Source of the DNA: the human T2T-CHM13v2.0 reference genome, Homo sapiens
Assembly (NCBI RefSeq): GCF_009914755.1
Contig: NC_060927.1
Direction: 5' to 3' (one strand)
Length of the DNA: 64,000 nucleotides
Notes under the pieces: model-generated
Told to the model about the DNA's origin: nothing
Database searches by the model: none
What the model saw: the letters and a program-made list of their open reading frames with translations, nothing else
Shown: positions 41,309-55,728 of the stretch, in pieces
Numbering within the stretch: the first letter of the stretch is position 1
Layout of the letters: the number at the start of each line of letters is the position of its first letter
Position numbers and translations under genes: made by a program

Positions 41309-43603
41309 TGTATTAGTCCATTTTCATGCTGCCAGTAAAGACACACCCAAGACTGGGTAATTTATACAGGGAAAAGAGTTTAATTGGACTTACAGTTGCA
41401 CATAGCTGGGGAAGCCTGACAATCATGGCGGAAGGCAAGAAGGAGCACATCATGTCTTACATGGATGGCAGAGGGCAAAAAGACAATGTGCAGGAAAACT
41501 CCCCCTTATAATAACCATCAGATCTCATGAGACTTACTCACTATCATGATAACAGCACAGGAAAGTCCCCATGCTTCAATTACCTCCCACCAGGTCCCTC
41601 CCACAACACGTGGGAATTCGAGATTAGATTTGGGTGGTGACACAGCCAAACCATATCATTCCACCTCTGACCTCTCCCAAATCTCATGTCCTCACATTTC
41701 AAAACCAATCATTCCTTTCCAACAGTCCCCCAAAGTCTTAACTCATTGCAGCATTAACTCAAAAGTCCAGAGTCCAAAGTCTCATCTGAGATAAGGCAAG
41801 TCCCTTCTGCCTATGAACCTGTAAAATCAAAAGCATGTTAGTTACATCCTAGATACAATGGAGTACAGGTATTGGATAAATACAGCCATTCCAAATGGAA
41901 GACATTGGCCAAAACAAGTCTGAAATCCAGCAGGGCAGTCAAATCTTAAGGCTCCAAAATGATCTCCTTTGACTCCAAGACTCATATCCAGGTCATACAG
42001 ATGCAAGAGGTGGGTTCCCATAGTCTTAGGCAGCTCCACCCCTGTGGCTTTGCAGGGTATAACTCCCCTCCTGGCTGTTTTCACAGGCTGGCATTGAGTG
42101 TCTGCAGCTTTTCCAGGCACACAGTGCAAGCTGTTGGTGGATCTACCATTCTGTGGTCTGAAGGATGGTAGTCCTCTTCTCACATCTCTGCTAGGTGGTG
42201 TCCCATTAGGGACACAAGCTCTGCCAGTGTGGCTTTGCAGGATACAGCCTCCCTCCTGGCTGCTTTCATGGTCTGATGATGAGTTTCTGCAGCTTTTCCA
42301 GGCACACAGTGCAAGCTGTCACGGATCTACCATTCTGGGATCTGAAGAATGGTGGTCCTCTTCTCACAGCTCCACTAGGCAGTAGCATAGTGGGGACTAC
42401 TTGTGGGGCCTCCAACCCCACATCTTCCTTTTGCACTGCCCTAGGTGGGGTTCTCCATGAGGGCCCCGCCTGCAGCAAACTTTTGCCTGGGCATCCAGGC
42501 ATTTCCATACATCTTCTGAAATGTAGGCAGAGGTTCCCAAACCTCAATTCTTGACTTCTGTGCACCTACAGGCTGAACACCACGTGGAAGCTTCCAAGGC
42601 TTGGGACTTCCACCCTCTGAAGCAGCAGCCCAAGCTGTACCCTTGGCCCCTTTCAGTTATGGCTGGAGTGGCTAGGACACAGGGCACCAAGTCCCAAGAC
42701 TGCGCACAGCATGGAGACCTGGGGCATCACCCACAAATCCATTTTTTCCTCCTAAACCTCTGGGCCTCTGAAGGAGGGGCTGCTGCAAAAGTCTCCAACA
42801 TGCCCTGGAAACATTTTCCCCATTGCCTTGATGATTAACATTCAGCTCCTTGTTACTTATGCAAATTTCTGCAGCCAGCTTGATTTTCTCTCCAGAAAAT
42901 GGGATTTTCTTTTCTATCACATTGTCAGGCTACAAATTTTCCAAACTTTTATTCTCTGTTTATCTTTTGAAACTGAATGCCTTTAACAGCACCCAAGTTA
43001 CCTCTTGCATGCTTTGCTGCTTAGAAATTTTTTCTGCCAGATATCCTAAATCATCTATCTTAAGTTCAAAGTTCCACAGATCTCTAGGGTAGGGGCAAAA
43101 TGCCACCAGTCTCTTAACTAAAACATAACAAGAGTCATCTTTGCTCCAGTTCCCAACAAGTTCCTCATCTCCATCTGAGACAACCTCGGCCTGGACCTTA
43201 TTGTTCATATTACTATTGGCATTTTTGTTAAAGCCATTCAGCAAGTCTCTAGGAAGTTCCAAACTTTCCCATATTTTCCTGTCTTCTTCTGAACCCACCA
43301 AACTGTTCCAACCTCTGCCTGTTACCCAGTTCCAAAGTTGCATCCACATTTTTGGTTATTTTTTCAGCAGTGCCCACTCTTCTGATACCAATTTACTGTA
43401 TTAGTCCATTTTCATACTACTGATAAAGACATACCCAAGACTGGGTAATTTATACAGGAAAAAGGTTATAATAACCATCAGATCTCATGAGACTTACTCA
43501 CTGTCACAAAAACAGCATGGGAAAGACCTGCCCCCATGATTCAGTTACCTCTCACTGGGAGTTCAAGATGAGATTTGGATGAGGACACAGCCAAACCATA
43601 TCA
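41309..43603 (-). mobile_element. Complete THE1 (THE1A-like) MaLR element with an internal duplication and one deleted LTR
   Basis: LTRs 41309-41658 and 43397-43603, perfect TSD CTGCT (41304-41308 and 43604-43608). Confidence 0.92.
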
Positions 43604-43753
43604 CTGCTATTATAATCCTGATTATACAGCAAAAGATTTAATCATTTTTGCTGTGTTGTAACTTAATTTCTAAGTGTATTAGTGAACTTCATTTCAATAG
43701 TTTACATTTCAAAAATAAGCTAATCATACAGCTTTTGGTAGGTGTTTTTGTTT

Positions 43754-44059
<306 letters not shown>

Positions 44060-45902
44060 TGTTTTTGTTTTTTATAAGGATCTCTAATAGATTCTTGGTG
44101 CCAGTGTTTACAGGTAATATGGGCTCAATCCAGATATAGGACCATAAATTGGATCCAAGAATCCCAGTTTTAAAATAAAACAAAAAACTTTACCTAATGT
44201 GCCATAAAATTTCCTCTTCTCTACCCTTGCTTTAGTGCTAACTAAGAAAACCAGAGAATTTTCCTTCCTAGAGAATTAGTGAGTAATCTTTCTCCAATCA
44301 CACATAACCAGCTACAGGACATGGCTTGTCTATGGATCTTTTCAGATCTTGCCAAACATTAGTAACTCCTCACTCTAATATTCTTACAATCCCTGCTGTA
44401 TTTTTAATAATTTATTAACTCTTCAAAGTCCTTTCACATACTTTTATCTTGTGCTGCTCCCAGTGAGCCTCTGAAATAGATAGGGCATCTGTCATTTTAC
44501 AGATGAAAAATTGGGGCCTGGAAAGTCTTAACAACTGGCTGAGTCACTAATAAGGGGCAGAGCTGGGATGCATATTTAGTGTGCCTGTATCCAGGCAGAA
44601 TAGTATTATTATGATGGAAGGATATCATGCTTCAGGGTCAGATAGCACAAGTGTCAAATTCTAATTCAACTACTTAGCTGGTTACATACCCTCATCAATT
44701 AATTAACCTCCACGAGCCTCAGCTAACTCATATCTAAAACTGGAATAATAACAAATACTTCAGAGGGTTCTTAGGAAGGTTAAATTTATGCTCTAATGGA
44801 GTTCATGGCACATAGTATACATTTCAGGAATATTTCTTCCCTACCCACTATTTATCATTTACCCACTCTCTTACGTTCATAAATCAGCTATGTGACTGAT
44901 TCTAGCAGATACTGTGGAATAATTTTTTTTAACCCAGAATACAGACTGTGGGATCTGATAGAACTAGGTTTGAATTCTCTTCCAGCACTTATTAACTCTG
45001 GCCCCTAAGAGCTCAGTTCCTTAACTTCCTCAAAAGTAAATGAGGGCAATGGCTCCAACTTCACAAGGGTGATGTTAAGGATCAAGTAAGAGAATGTATG
45101 CAAAATACCTACCATCCAGCAACCACAGGTTTTTGGTGTTGGCAATTTCCTGCCCCTCCTTCATTCCTTAGAAATTCTTGAAGTCAACATGCACACACTG
45201 TCTCTGCTACCTGTTCACTACACTAGCAGCCCGCAGTGTGGAAATACTCTGGGGACTTGGTCAGTTGTGAGCTGTGTCTTCCTGTGTTATTAGTTAAACT
45301 TACAAAGTTTATGGCTAATTTTAGTATTTCTGTAAAATACAAGACCCAAAAGCATGATGCCCCTCAGGCATGGACATGCCGTAGATGTCTAAAGAGAGTG
45401 TCACACCTGTGAATGTTGTATCTTATGCATTCCCAAAGTCAAGATTTTGCCAGGGCTCCAACTTGACACACAGCTTCACTCCTGCACTACAATGAGAAAA
45501 GAGTCTTTAACCTAAATTTCAGGGCCCCTCCATGTGGCAGGTTTTTGTATTAGAGCAAAAGATATCAAGCCAAAGAGCCCCTCAACTCACAGCTAATGAT
45601 GTAGCATAAGAAGGCACAAGAGGGATGCATAAAAGCTCCAGAGTGTACTCAGCAGTTCAGACTTTCCACAAGCCTCATACGTCTCTCACTCTTATGCTTG
45701 TGCTTTATACTTTAGCCCCGTCATCTCCATGGGTCTTGTTCATATCACTCGCTACCTTTGTTATGTTTGAAATAAATTAGGAAAAAAAATCTAAAGAAAA
45801 TTATCTGTCATGAAACATAGGAAACAAAAGCAGTTTGGGGTTAAGTTGCCTACAAAGGAAGAGAGGCTACAATATTAATAACCATGTAAAACAGATACCA
45901 GA

Positions 45903-46204
<302 letters not shown>

Positions 46205-47679
46205 GACACCAGAACCTAAATACCACACTGGTTGGCATCAGCAGAGCTCCAGCATCTTTGTGCAGAATTTGATTATTTGTGTTTATTTGGTTTGGGTTTT
46301 GCAAAGCTTGAACCCTGTGGTTTCCTCAAGCTTCCTAAGCCCCACTCCAAAAATATGTGTTTTGGTTTTCATTTTTTAAATAATTAGGTATTACAGCCTC
46401 CTTTTTTTTCCTAGCATCTTTTGCAACATAATAAGGTTCTGAGTCCAAATGTCCAGCCGTCGTCACTTGCACTGGTGAGCACCTGAGCTTGCACCACAGG
46501 TAGAGAAGGTTCTAAAAGGGCATCATACCTCTGTGGGGAGACCACATGACAAATGAAATCTTTAATATCAGGCAGATCTCTAGATAAAAAAAGAACATGA
46601 CGGGACTTCAGTGTGGCCTGGTTATTTCACAAGCCTGGTGCCTGGACTTTTGTTTGTTCTACAAACAGCTGTTAGGGAAGACAGGTCTAGAAGTGAGGGC
46701 TGCCTAGCAAGTCTAGGAAGAATATGAGTGAACTACATAGGTCAGGGCCAAAGGAGGCAAGACACCACTGTTACACAAGGACATCCTCTGCTTCCAGAGA
46801 GGTTGGTGCCCACAAAGTACTTGGGCTATCTCTGAGATAATGGGATGCTGTCTTTATCTATTCCTGTCTTCCCAAGCTCTTTCCCCACTCCATCCCCATT
46901 CCCAACCCACATTATGTTTTGTTTTTTAATGTGTGTGTTTGGTTGGAGGAGGGTGGTGTGGTTATAGAGGAATCTGTCTTCTATAACAAATATCAGGTCC
47001 AGTGCAGAGGCCAGAGTACTTTCCAGTTTGATTTTATTCTATTTCTAAATTAATATTTTAGGCATACTTTCAGCAGCCCAGGAAATTACTCTCTCCCTAT
47101 AGACTGTTAGGATCTCTTTTTTCAAAGCATCTCTGAACATTTAAAGGTAAACAGTTTTTAAAAATCAGTGAACAGTGGATTGGCATGCAGTTAGCATTTC
47201 AGAGGTATGAGTAAAATCTAAAACCTACTGTTCAAATAAATAACTGGTCTGTAGGCACAAAGCAAAATCAAGTTAACTCATTAAAATTAACTTCAGGATC
47301 TAAGAAAATGTACTCCATCCTTCCCTCATTCAGACAGTCATGTTCTCTTCCATTTTCATGATAAATTTTCCCTAGAGCACTGTCTCTCTTCCCCATCTTT
47401 GCATTTCTTCTCTATCCCATTTATTTCTAACTTTCCTTCCTCTGTTCTTTATTTCTCCTTACTTCCTTTATATCTCTGCCTTCTTTTCATTCTGAATTTC
47501 TTTCAGTTCTTCCTCACTAACTCCTTTTCCTTTGACAAACCTTAATATGAAATCAGATTATATTTTAACTATTTATGAATAAGTTTTATATAATCTATAC
47601 TGAATGTTTAAACTAAGTAAGTTGAGAGGTTTTTCATTTCTCTGTGCTAATTACACATTAATTAGTTTAAGCATTAGGT

Positions 47680-48200
47680 TGTTAAAAAGACACACCGGAC
47701 TCAGATTATACTGATGAAACAACTTTAATATAAGCAAGAAAATACATTGCAGCAATAACAGGAGAAAGAGACGCATTGGAAAGGTCCAAAGATCTGAGGC
47801 TCACAGTTCTTTGTCCTTCCACTTGCTGGGTCACACAGAACAAGCTTTTATTCATACTGGTGGTCTGGAAACTCCACCAGTACATGTGCTAAGACCTCAG
47901 TCCTAGGAAGATTAAGCTCTGCTTCCGGCAGGGTGTCTGCAAGTGAGCTGGTCACATAGGCACATTCCAGCTACCTAACCAGCCTCAGCCCTCAAAATCG
48001 TCAGCTCCACCAAAACCGAGTGCTAGGCAAAAATCTGATTATTTTGTTAAACAACGCTGACTGGCTGGTACATTCTGCCCTGAAACAACTCACAGAGTTT
48101 TACTTTGGTAGAAGCATTTATCTTTAATAGGTACATTTTAGAGTTTCGGCCAAGGGTCAGCAGAGCTCTAGGAACCTCGTAGATAAGCATTTGGTCAATT
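47680..48200 (-). mobile_element. ERVL-type LTR (MER21/MER68/MER77-like) within the ZBED2 3' UTR; approximate
   Basis: acaccggactcaga...gggtcacacagaac...gctggtcacataggcac motifs of the reversed MER21-group consensus. Confidence 0.55.
47724..47729 (-). terminator. ZBED2: Candidate ZBED2 polyadenylation signal ATTAAA
   Basis: tttaat on + at 47724-47729, about 625 nt downstream of the stop; location agrees with my recollection of a gene about 2.4 kb long. Confidence 0.55.
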
Positions 48201-48353
48201 CAGACCTGCTCAGATTAACTCATACTGTGCACTATTTCACATAAAAGCAAAATGTCACCAAACTACTTTGCTTTACATTTGAGTTGAAACTAAAATGGCT
48301 CTTTTCTACAAGTCTAGAGTCAATGTTTTCAGAATAGATTCTCCAAGCCCAAT

Positions 48354-49010
48354 TTAAACAAAATGGAAGGGATGTACTGCTGCAGGCAGCTCTTTCTCCC
48401 GCTGGCATGCCTCCTTCTCAGCCCTCACCTTCCACTTCATCTCCAGGATGGCCCTTTCCACCTCCTCCAGGGCTCGCTCCCTTTTTTCCACAGCCCTCTC
48501 CCGCCATTCCACTGCCCTTTCCCTCCTAAGCACCTCCTTTTCCCTTTGGCTGGCCCACAAAGCCATGGTGCCCACCTGCTCCAGGAGCCTACCCCAGTTA
48601 CCCTCAATGCCTGTGGGGAGCTGGGGCCCGTGGGGCCTTGGATCCTGGCGCTGCCCAGCCTGACCATGGCCACTCTTCTCCAGCTCCTCTCTGTGCATGC
48701 TTTTCAGATGCTTCCACAGTGCAGTGGTGCCCACGTTGACCCCAGGGCCACGGCTCACCTGCCTGCCACACAGGCGGCAGGTGGCATACTGGTTGGGATG
48801 GTGCCCAGCACGAGCAGGAGCTAGGTGGAAATATTCCCATGCCTCAGAGAACCGGGTGCCCTTGTTGTGGGGCATTGGAGTGGGCATAGCACTCACAAAA
48901 GGGCCAACCAGTTCTCCTGTCTCACTAATCTCTTCCTCCTCCTTCATCTCTAAGTCCCCTTTTGCCTTCATCATTGTTCCCTCCTCTTCCTCGTCTTCCC
49001 GCCTCATCAT
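48354..49010 (-). CDS. ZBED2: Zinc finger BED domain-containing protein 2, 218 aa, single coding exon, antisense in CD96 intron 6
   Basis: MMRREDEEEEG...; BED finger WEYF...CRLC...GTTALWKHLKSMH; charged C-terminal coiled coil; known to be nested in CD96. Confidence 0.97.
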   Translation of the reverse strand: MMRREDEEEEGTMMKAKGDLEMKEEEEISETGELVGPFVSAMPTPMPHNKGTRFSEAWEYFHLAPARAGHHPNQYATCRLCGRQVSRGPGVNVGTTALWKHLKSMHREELEKSGHGQAGQRQDPRPHGPQLPTGIEGNWGRLLEQVGTMALWASQREKEVLRRERAVEWRERAVEKRERALEEVERAILEMKWKVRAEKEACQREKELPAAVHPFHFV

Positions 49011-49875
49011 GTCACCTCTTCTACAGCGTTCTTTATGATGTGCTTAGATGTGAGCCAAAAGCTTATTTGAACCACAAGATTAAATATATATTTGGGAAGG
49101 GCCTGTGGTAACTCTTGGGGATTCACAATAATGGCCAAAGTCTGGCCACACCTGGGTGGTGTGAGGTTTCTTCCTTTCTGCTTCACTGGAGAGTCAGGGG
49201 TGAGTCAGATACAAGCAAAACAGCCCAAGAGTGCATTCCTTCCATGCCCCAGATACTTACTTATCCTCCCTTGACTAGGCCAGAAAGACAAAACATATCA
49301 GTTCCTGTAGCAAAGGGGTTCTCTGGTCCAACAATTACAAAGCTCTTTGATGAACTCAGTGTTTTCTGCATCAACCACCACGACAGGTATTTTTGAATAT
49401 TGAAAATTTTAGGTTTTCCTGTTTCTCCTCCTGGTTGTTTCCACTGTTTCTGTGCTTCTTATTTCCTATAATTGCATTTTGGAGGCAGGAGAAACAGCCT
49501 CAGGGTTCAGGCTTTTCAGGACCAACAGAGCTAGGGCCTCACTGGGTCTTGCTCAAAGTAGGTAAAAGCAAACACAGGCAGATGCTGGTGCAGGAGACAA
49601 TCTTGCTTCCTAAGAACTGTTGCAACAAGCAATCCAGAGTAGACAAAGCCTATGAGGATCTGGATAATAAAGTTCCCAATGCAAGGTCAGTTTGTCCTTA
49701 GAGGTGTCTCTCAGAGGCCAGGAGTCTAAGAAATCCAAAAAGCAAGCTCAGCTGTTTCAGCAGGAGGAGCTGGGATGCACAGAGGAGAAGGTGGAGCACA
49801 TCTTCACAAACACAGTGTTGCCTGGCTGTCCTTAGCAAGCAGCTCACCATACTCCACCTTCTCCACCAGGATCAC

Positions 49876-50108
49876 CTGCAAAGCCAACAGCCAATAAGAC
49901 CTTCCTGAGGCAACTTACTCCAGATGTTTTGCTCTTTACCTCATTTTAAAGATAAATAAGTAAATGGAAAATCATATTACATTTAAAAACAGCCCGACTT
50001 CTCTCTCCTTTCTTGGGTCATTTCTTAAACTAATGAGAGCTTTATTTAATCAAGCTCTGCAACCGTGAACAGTTAGGAAATTCCCCCCAGCCACAAGTGG
50101 GTACTTAC
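49876..50108 (-). other. ZBED2: Predicted ZBED2 5'-UTR intron (233 nt); short non-coding exon 1 at about 50109-50160
   Basis: Minus-strand donor TT|GTAAGT at 50109/50108 and acceptor ctgttggctttgcAG|GT at 49876/49875. Confidence 0.55.
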
Positions 50109-50660
50109 AAGCAGGCAAGGCTCTGGACTTCTCTCTGATCTTTCCTGCGCAGAGTGAAAGCACTCCTGCACACCTTGGATGTCTATTAGCTGACTCCTAC
50201 CCCCAGAAGGAGGGCACCTCCAGTTCTGGTTTCCTCCCACTTCTAGGGAAGCATTGTTTCCAGGTAGGTGTGTCTGTGCCTGTTGGGTTTTTCTGCAACA
50301 CTTAGACACAGATGCAAACCTTTTCTCCACCCCCTCCACCACCAAGAAAAGGATGTTCCTGGCATATGTCATGCAGCAAAACAGTAAGTCAAGCACCTAC
50401 AAGTCTTAGTTCTCTTTTTTGATGACTAGATTACCTAACCTCTCAAGTAAAGCAAGCGATTTGAAGGAGGAAGAGTGGGAAAGGCTGAAATATTAAATGT
50501 ATACACACATATATATTATATATATACATACATTATATATAATATGCATAATATATATATGTGTGTGTATACATATTTAGATTGAGAAGGAAAACCTACC
50601 AAGAGGAGATAGGAAGACTCTAAAGAAGGTATCAATAGAAGAAGAAAAAACTTTGTGTTA

Positions 50661-51068
<408 letters not shown>

Positions 51069-52933
51069 TTAAAATAGAAAAAAAAGATGGGGGAAAAAGA
51101 TTCAAAATAGGAATGAGACTGGGAGGAGTTTTAGAACATGAACCACATTTCTAAACCAAATCTTGGAACGCAAAGTCTAGAGAGAGTCTAGAATGTTTGA
51201 AATTTGGATCATTTCAGAAAATCTGAACCTAGAGAATTCATGAAAGTCAAATCTTTTCAAAATTTTTAGACGTTAACCAGAGTTCTTCAGTGAGCCAGTT
51301 GCCTTCGTAAAATAATAACACCCCCACTTACTCCTGATATTACCATATCGTCATCTTTGGTGGGTTAACTAAAGAGAAAGGAAATGAATCATAAGAATGG
51401 TTAATGTCACTGGATTAATGCAAAACTTTGTATCTTTTTCTTTTTTTAAAAAAACATTTTACCTCCTTTACCTTTTTGTCTCTTCCTGGACCAACTGGAG
51501 ATAAAAATCAATCTTTGGCATCTATTGAATTAAACTGAACACTCTCCTTTACTTAATAAGAATGTATTTTAGAGGATCTGGTTTTGCTTTTAATTTTTTA
51601 GTGGAGAGACTAGCATCCCTGGCCCATATATGTATCCCCATTATCTGGAAAGGCAAGTGTTGAACGGATGGGAATACTGGGAGCTACGGTGTTTGCCACC
51701 CAGCATCTTGGATATGCTAGACAACCCCCTCTGAAATTCTCTTGTTTCATTGGGATTTCTGTAGCAATGTACTGAGAAATAGTAAACTTCTGTAGGATTT
51801 CACCAGGAAAATGTTAGTTAGCATTCTCGAATTTGGTTTCTCAGCTCTATAGGCCCAGACTTCTTGGGAGTAACTAGTCTGAGGATTGGCACACAAATCA
51901 TCACATACATTTAATTGTTCTTTACATGTTAACTAGTATATTCATTAATTGTGGAAAATATCTGAGAACTAAGAACTAGGGCTGGTCATATGTAAAATAT
52001 ATACATCTCTTGATGAGAAAACAAGTAATTATAAAAGGAATTATAATTTTGAAGAGTCTCAGATAAAACAATGGGAATCCAATAATTCTCACTGGATATT
52101 TTCACCAGACTGTAAAAGAAAGTATCATCCCCCAAAGAACAAACATAGCATTGAAAATAAAACATAACTAGCCCTGCATCTAAGTTCTCTGCTTTCATAA
52201 TATAGTTACTTCTTTCATTTTTTTATTTCAATACAATTTTTATTAAAAAATATGTTGGACTGAGATTAAGGAGACATGGTTTCTAATTGTGCCATTAACT
52301 ATTTTCCACTTCCTCGAACCACTGGATGCCTTGATTTTTCCATTGGTCAAATGGCAAAAATAAGGCATGCTCTACCTATCCTTAAGATTAAGCCAATGAA
52401 TTGTTTTTAAAAATTAGGAAAATGCTTCACAAGTAAAAAGTAGGATATTTATATAAATCGTTTTCTGTGATTGTTACAAATAGTGTCGTACATTATTTGG
52501 AGCACAGAAACAGCTTGTAGATCCCCTTGAGCTTTTAATCTAACAGACTATTCTTCTCTGGCCTCTGTTTGCTATAGCTTCTTCCTTCTATTCTTTGGTT
52601 TCCATTTAGTATTATTTTATTCTGCCTACACAGAGTTAAGATTTCTCCTTTACAGAACCCAGAATCCAGACTTGGAACATTAGTATAGTCCTAGATCCTT
52701 AAGTTGACCTAGGAGTATAGCCAGAAGTTTATAACATCTCTATAGGAGATAGCCCATTTATAGTGCACGTTCTAACACAACCTATATTAAAAGTAGACAT
52801 TGCCTTCTATTTATTCAGTTAAAAATGGAGAAACTCTTTTTTGCCAACTTATGTTATATGAATGTTAGTAAGTTGTAAGGAGTACCAGTTTCTTAGGAAT
52901 TTGCAAATAATCCTTTTTCTGTCTTTACCCCAG

Positions 52934-53024
52934 AGAAGATTTACCTGCTTACTAAAGAATGTATTTCCCAAAGCAAATATCACATGGTTTATAGATGGAA
53001 GTTTTCTTCATGATGAAAAAGAAG
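52934..53024 (+). CDS. CD96: CD96 exon 7 (D3), 91 nt
   Basis: cccAG|RRFTCLLKNVFPKANITWFIDGSFLHDEKE; donor G|GTAAGG. Confidence 0.96.
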
Positions 53025-53743
53025 GTAAGGAAACTAATCAATGGAAATAAGTTCGGTACAAAAAGAAAGAAAACAAAGAACATTAGAAATTGTCATTGCC
53101 CAAGTTGATCTTGGCATTTAAGAATGATTCTCATTCCAAGAAAAACATCATTCTGCCTACCAAATGTCATTTTCTGATGCTTCATCTGTTTCTTCCAAGG
53201 GGGTGGAGTGTAACATTTTCCAGAATAAAAGAAATACAATTGATTTAGACAAACAACATCCAAATATTTTATTTAACTAGCAGTAAAAGGAATATCTTAA
53301 ATGAGGACAAAAAGTTTAAGTCTACATATATTTATTAAAACTTTTTCTGCCTTTATAACATAGCTACCTGTTTTTCCATGTCTTTCTTATTTCAATACAA
53401 TATGTTCAATTAACTTAGCACCGCTGCTTTAAATCAGCCAATAAATAATTTCTACCTTTTTATGTGAGAATCTGAGGCAGGTGTTGGTGGAGCACTAGAG
53501 AAAGCCTATGTAAAAGAGTTGGCTCCTTGACAAGGTACATGTTCCCCAGGAGGATTAAAAGTTCCTGGAGGAGGAACACACATCAAGACAAGCTCAGGTG
53601 AAAATTCACAAAGCCATGATTTTATAGATAGTAACCATGACAGCCTCTACCAGAATAATCTCAGCTGTCCCTGCCTGAACAACAGCTATTCTCCTTTCTC
53701 CTGAGTCGTTTTTCCTCCAAGTTCAATCTGTCTTCAATAATAA

Positions 53744-54081
<338 letters not shown>

Positions 54082-54251
54082 CTTTCTGAATTATTTTTAA
54101 ATGATAAAATTGAAAGCTTATGTTAATGAGTGTATTGATCACTTGATGCATTTTGAGATTATTATTGGTTTTATTAGTTTATTTTTAAAAAAAATTCACC
54201 CACAACAATGACAGAATGCAATTCTAAAAATATAGGTTAAAAGTTATTATA

Positions 54252-54548
<297 letters not shown>

Positions 54549-54809
54549 GTTATTATAAATTTATTCTCCTGTTAAATAAGCCCTGCATAGGCAAAGCACC
54601 CAGATTTCACCAAACTAGAGGCTAGATTTTGTGGTCAGAATTGCACTGGCACACAACTGCATTTAGCTATTACTTTGGTAAGTAATTACATCAGAATTGG
54701 TGTTAAGAATCTGTAATGTGAAAAAGCTGTAAGAATCCAGAAAATTCTGACATATAGTGATAGTTGGTTTTACATTAATTTTCTGCTGCCAAGTATGCTA
54801 TTTGGAGGT

Positions 54810-55400
54810 TGTACTAACATAACAGTTTAAAACAGAGTTTGATTTCTAAAGAAGACTCACAGGACCCAAAATGCAATGCTTACAAATCTACAGCTTATTT
54901 CAAGAAGAGGAGACAACATAGCAAAAAGATTACAATATGCAGCATATCCTATCCTACACTTACAGCCAGGAGTCCAGAGAAGTCAGATATGAGCTCCTTC
55001 GTCCTTCCTCTCTAAGGGCCACAGCCAGACACACTTCCTCGCTCAGATCAGAGACTACTGATATATACACAGAAGAGCTCAGAAGTGGGTAGTCCAAAAC
55101 GGAGTCCCAACTGAGATTGCTTTATATTTTACTGGTCACTTAGGTATATTCCTGCAACATAACCAGATTCCACAGCAGAGCTCTCCCAAGATCCGACCTA
55201 GACTAGGTATAAATTATCAGTCTCACAGTTGTCAACACACAATGCTGATGAGCTGGGATAATCTGCCCCAAAACATTTTGGACACATGGTCACAAACAAA
55301 GCAACACTATTAGTCAACATATTTTATACCCTGACCATGGATCAATGACATGCAGGAGCTTGAGCAAACAGCTCAAGTTAATTTCAGATCTGCTGAAATT
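54810..55400 (-). mobile_element. Second MER21/MER68/MER77-like LTR; approximate
   Basis: gaagactcacaggaccc...ctggtcacttaggtatattcc, similar to 47680-48200. Confidence 0.5.
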
Positions 55401-55539
55401 GACTCTCACTGCAGAGAAGCTGCCATTTGACCACTTTAGACTCTACATTACCACAAATTGATCATGCCATGCCTTGGCATTATTGTATGGCTCATACATA
55501 AAATGTTAGTGTTGAACCATGTTCGTATCTGTCTGGCAG

Positions 55540-55728
55540 GAATATATATTACTAATGAAGAGAGAAAAGGCAAAGATGGATTTTTGGAACTGAAGTCTGT
55601 TTTAACAAGGGTACATAGTAATAAACCAGCCCAATCAGACAACTTGACCATTTGGTGTATGGCTCTGTCTCCAGTCCCAGGAAATAAAGTGTGGAACATC
55701 TCATCAGAAAAGATCACTTTTCTCTTAG
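55540..55728 (+). CDS. CD96: CD96 exon 8 (D3 C-terminal part), 189 nt
   Basis: ggcAG|GA ATA TAT = (G)IYITNEERKGKDGFLELKSVLTRVHSNKPAQSDNLTIWCMALSPVPGNKVWNISSEKITFLL; donor G|GTGAGT. Confidence 0.96.

Noticed and set aside
48363-49038. Overlapping alternative ORFs (153, 113, 78, 71 aa) across ZBED2
   Set aside because: Expected by-products of a GC-rich coding region; no recognisable domains.
53025-53230. Exon 7 read-through (GKETNQWK*) with AATAAA near 53224 as another soluble isoform
   Set aside because: Strong G|GTAAGG donor, the product would truncate D3 mid-fold, and AATAAA is common in AT-rich introns.
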